64,000 nt of DNA, from assembly GCA_038087875.1 (NCBI GenBank), contig CM075985.1:11780001-11844000 (forward strand). Reading direction: 5' to 3'. Origin of the DNA: Malacoraja senta (taxonomy: Eukaryota). How positions within the stretch are numbered: position 1 is the stretch's first letter; each line of letters opens with the position of its first letter. Shown piece after piece: positions 60,990-64,000 of the stretch. Made by a program: the position numbers and the translations under genes. The notes under the pieces are model-generated. The model saw only the letters and a program-made list of their open reading frames with translations. It had not been told where the DNA came from and ran no database searches.

Positions 60990-63240
60990 GTGCAGTTGGT
61001 CAAGAAAATGGCACCCGAGATTCCGCTACTTCCTCAGCCCGTTGAGTGTAGGTATATGGTGGGTTATATAGCTCTCTGCTGTACTGTATGCTGCAAATTT
61101 TGAAAAGATAAAATAAATCGTCAACTGTTTGGAAGAAGAAGAATCTGCTGCAGTCAGGATCATCAGTGAAATCATGCAGAAAACGTCCCTCCACTGCGAT
61201 CTTGTGTTTATTGGTATGTATGAGGGGGGGTTATGTGTGGGCGGGTGGGGATGTGGGGGAGAGGTGTGGGCGGGGGGGTTGTGGGGGATGTGATATTGCA
61301 AGGACTACTTTGTTATATCACAAGGACTACTTTGTATGCCAGTGTAGCAAAATGTATATATGGGAAATAAGCAGAGCCTTGATTTATGCTCAGCTTCCAA
61401 CTCCTAAATACGTGTACTTGTGGTTTTCCAGAGTCATAACAATGGTATAACAGTTAATGGACCACGAAGTGCAACATGGTGGCAGCGGTTTGTGTGATTT
61501 AGCCCTAGAAAGAAACAAAAAAAAGCCCTAGAAAAATGGACGCTTACCAGTTCAGTAAAGAATGCCAGGAATGCATCTCGACAGGGCCACAACACATGTA
61601 AGTAACCGAGCTACCGACGGAACACTTCAAGCAGCTGAGGGTTGTGAGTGAAGGCCCACATCGCGCCCCAGCCCTGTGCAGGCCCGAGTTCGGAAGGCTG
61701 AGCATCCAGACACACACGGGGGCGCGGCAACCGGTGAGACCGAACGCCCGTGGAGACGAAGCAAGCCGAAAGGCTGTATTTTCTTTAAAACCTAAGAGCT
61801 TTAAAGTTAAATGCTGCAAAAGCAGAAGGCTGTTAGAGATGAGCAGAAGGCTGTTCGAGATAAGCCGTACTGAAAACGACTGTTACCAAGGAAGACATAA
61901 ACAAGGGACCTTGGAAATCTCAGATTTTATGATGCTTTGAATGCTAACCTGATAAAATGTACTGAAGTATGATTGTCTACCATAGAAACTTAAAGGACCC
62001 CCCTAAGATTGCGCAAGCTGTATGTGGAACAGAAAAAAATAATTATATGTGAGCCCGGACCAGCGGTGTAACAGAGCCCGGAGCAGCGGTGTAAAAGAGC
62101 CAAAGGCCAAAGGCCAAAGAGCCAGAGCCAGAATGGTATGAACGATGAAATTCGTCATCAAGAAGTCCTTGACAACGGAACAGAGTATAGCAGCAGCTTT
62201 ACTCAACTTGCGTACTACACCGATTGATTCCAAGTCACCGTCACTAGCAGAGATGATGTTTGGAAGACAGATTCGGACACCTCTATCCACTAACCTTGAC
62301 ATGGATGACATACCAAGGACAGGAACTTTTTATTTTATGTAAGACCAGGGGGATGTTGTGATATTGCAAGGACTACTTTGTTATATCACAAGGACTACTT
62401 GTATGCCCGCGTAGCAACATGTATATATGGGAATGACGTATATTGGCAGGGCACTCTGGTTCCAGATGGCCGTGAAATAAACAGAGCCTTGATTTATGCT
62501 CCGCTTCAAACTCCTAAATACGTGTACTTGTGGTTTTCCAGAGTCATAAGAATGGTATAACAGATACCAGACCACGAAGTACAACACGGGAGAGGGGTGC
62601 GTGGGCAGGGGGAGGGGAGGGGGAGGGGTGAGGGGGCATTGTGGGGGGAGTGGTGGTGGGTGACAGGGGGGGAGAGAGCTCAGAGAAAGGACGGGGAAGA
62701 GCCATGGGGGAGAGTGTGGTATCACAGGGGAGGGGGGCAGGAGCCAGCAAGGGGGACCAGAGGGGAAGAGGTTGGTGGTAGAATGGGAACTCGCAGCAGT
62801 CGCTGGTCTCTTCGCTGGTCACTGGTTTCTGTTTGGTCTCTGTGTCAGACCGTTTCCGGTCCCTCCCTCTGAAAATTGTGTCCGGTTGGAGACCTCCGCC
62901 GGCCATCCAGAGCCTCCCGCAGCTCCAGTAAAGACGTGATGGCGCAGGAAGGGGCGGACTGTCCCGCGGAGTGACAGTAGAAGGGACCAATCCGCATGGC
63001 ACTGAATAGCAGGAGAAGCAATCGATCTGAGCACACGCGGTTTTTAAGATTTTTAAACCTCGATAACTCATACCAGCTTCCACCGATCGGAACGAAACTT
63101 GGTACAATCGCAGCACAGGCGAACAGTGAGCTGGTGAAAAATCGTAGCGCTATCGCATACCTTTTTTGCGCAAATAGAATGACCGCCCAAACCGGAAGAT
63201 AACAAGATCAGAGCTTTAGTTATGTTATAGATAGATAGAT
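60990..63240 (-). mobile_element. Non-autonomous Helitron-like or other DNA element hosting a mini LTR element
   Basis: G-rich segments flank the LTR insert, and the right end AAGATCAGAGCTTTAGTTATGTTATAGATAGAT resembles non-autonomous Helitron termini. No 3' CTAG or hairpin was found. Confidence 0.4.
61289..62586 (+). mobile_element. Miniature, internally deleted Gypsy-type LTR retrotransposon
   Basis: LTRs at 61289-61476 and 62354-62586, tRNA-Leu PBS TGGTGGCAGCGGT at 61477-61489, integrase remnant ALLNLRTTPI..SLAEMMFGRQIRT, PPT AGGGGGA. Confidence 0.92.
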
Positions 63241-64000
63241 AGAAGATTTGGACAAAACATTGATAGGAAAAGTGTGGATAGCTATGGGCGAAACATGGGT
63301 AATTAGGATTAGCATAGTTGGTATCTTGGATGGCATGGACAATTTGGGCTGAAGGATTGACTTTCATGCTGTATAATGTCCCTATAACTCTATGTAGAAA
63401 TAATCCCAGCATGATTCTTCATTGTTTCTCGATAATGCTCTTCATAGACCAGACCCTGCTGGGAACAGAGGTGAATATTCACACCTTGTTCTATAGTGAA
63501 ATACTGGAGTCTTGCTGCAGAAATCAATTTATTTCTGTTATTGATGCCTCTTTTTTTTTTTTAAAGGTGTTTGAACTCACTTAATACTAGTCCAGGACAA
63601 TTTCCTACCCAAGCAGTGGGCTGCACTTTGAAACCATCCAGGAACAGACTGGTACACAAATCAAAATTAATCTCATGCTGGACATGTTGATCATTGGCGT
63701 CCTGGGGAGCCAGTTGAGGAAGGCAACTTCCAGCACCAGTCCTGTGAATCTCTTGGCCACAAGTGCTCTTGCAGGAGCGTGCAGCAGTGTTTTTCCATGT
63801 GTGATCTCATGCTGTGTATCTCTGTCCTTCCTGGTTCTCTGCAGTCTCCCAGCCCATGAGGTATAGTTCCACAAGGCTGGTTTCTCTTGAAAAGCAGTCG
63901 AGAGTTGGTCAAGTTACTGTGATTAAAAGTGCTGGTTTGTGTTGGGTAGTCCAAGGATGAGCATGACTGGGCTAATTCAAACTTTGTTGCGGCTCGCCTT

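Overview
Eukaryotic, transposon-saturated vertebrate DNA. The repeat complement (CR1, HE1-type SINEs, Rex1, Penelope, DIRS1) points to a cartilaginous fish, probably a skate or ray; this is an inference. There is one apparently intact host gene that the ORF track misses: a six-exon, minus-strand secreted C-type lectin (179 aa, REG/snake-venom-lectin-like, QPD motif; CDS exons 34421-34367, 32144-31990, 31608-31468, 29752-29641, 20357-20281), probably one member of a tandem cluster. The most striking feature is a defective endogenous retrovirus on the minus strand (15751-17655). It reads 5' LTR, tRNA-Ser primer-binding site, leader and a gag-like stub, then the 3' coding part and probable 3' UTR of the host gene HEXIM (the P-TEFb inhibitor), then an env-like fragment with a CWVC motif. 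This is the layout of a gene-transducing retrovirus in which a cellular mRNA fragment replaced gag-pol. The rest consists of four DIRS1-type tyrosine-recombinase retrotransposons, a nearly complete Gmr1-like Gypsy element, smaller LTR elements, CR1/Rex1/L1/Penelope fragments, Harbinger-like MITEs, Tc1 and hAT remnants, an unexplained degenerate tandem array (54.4-59.0 kb) and two assembly gaps. Boundaries of old repeats are approximate, and family names come from motif recognition, not database searches.
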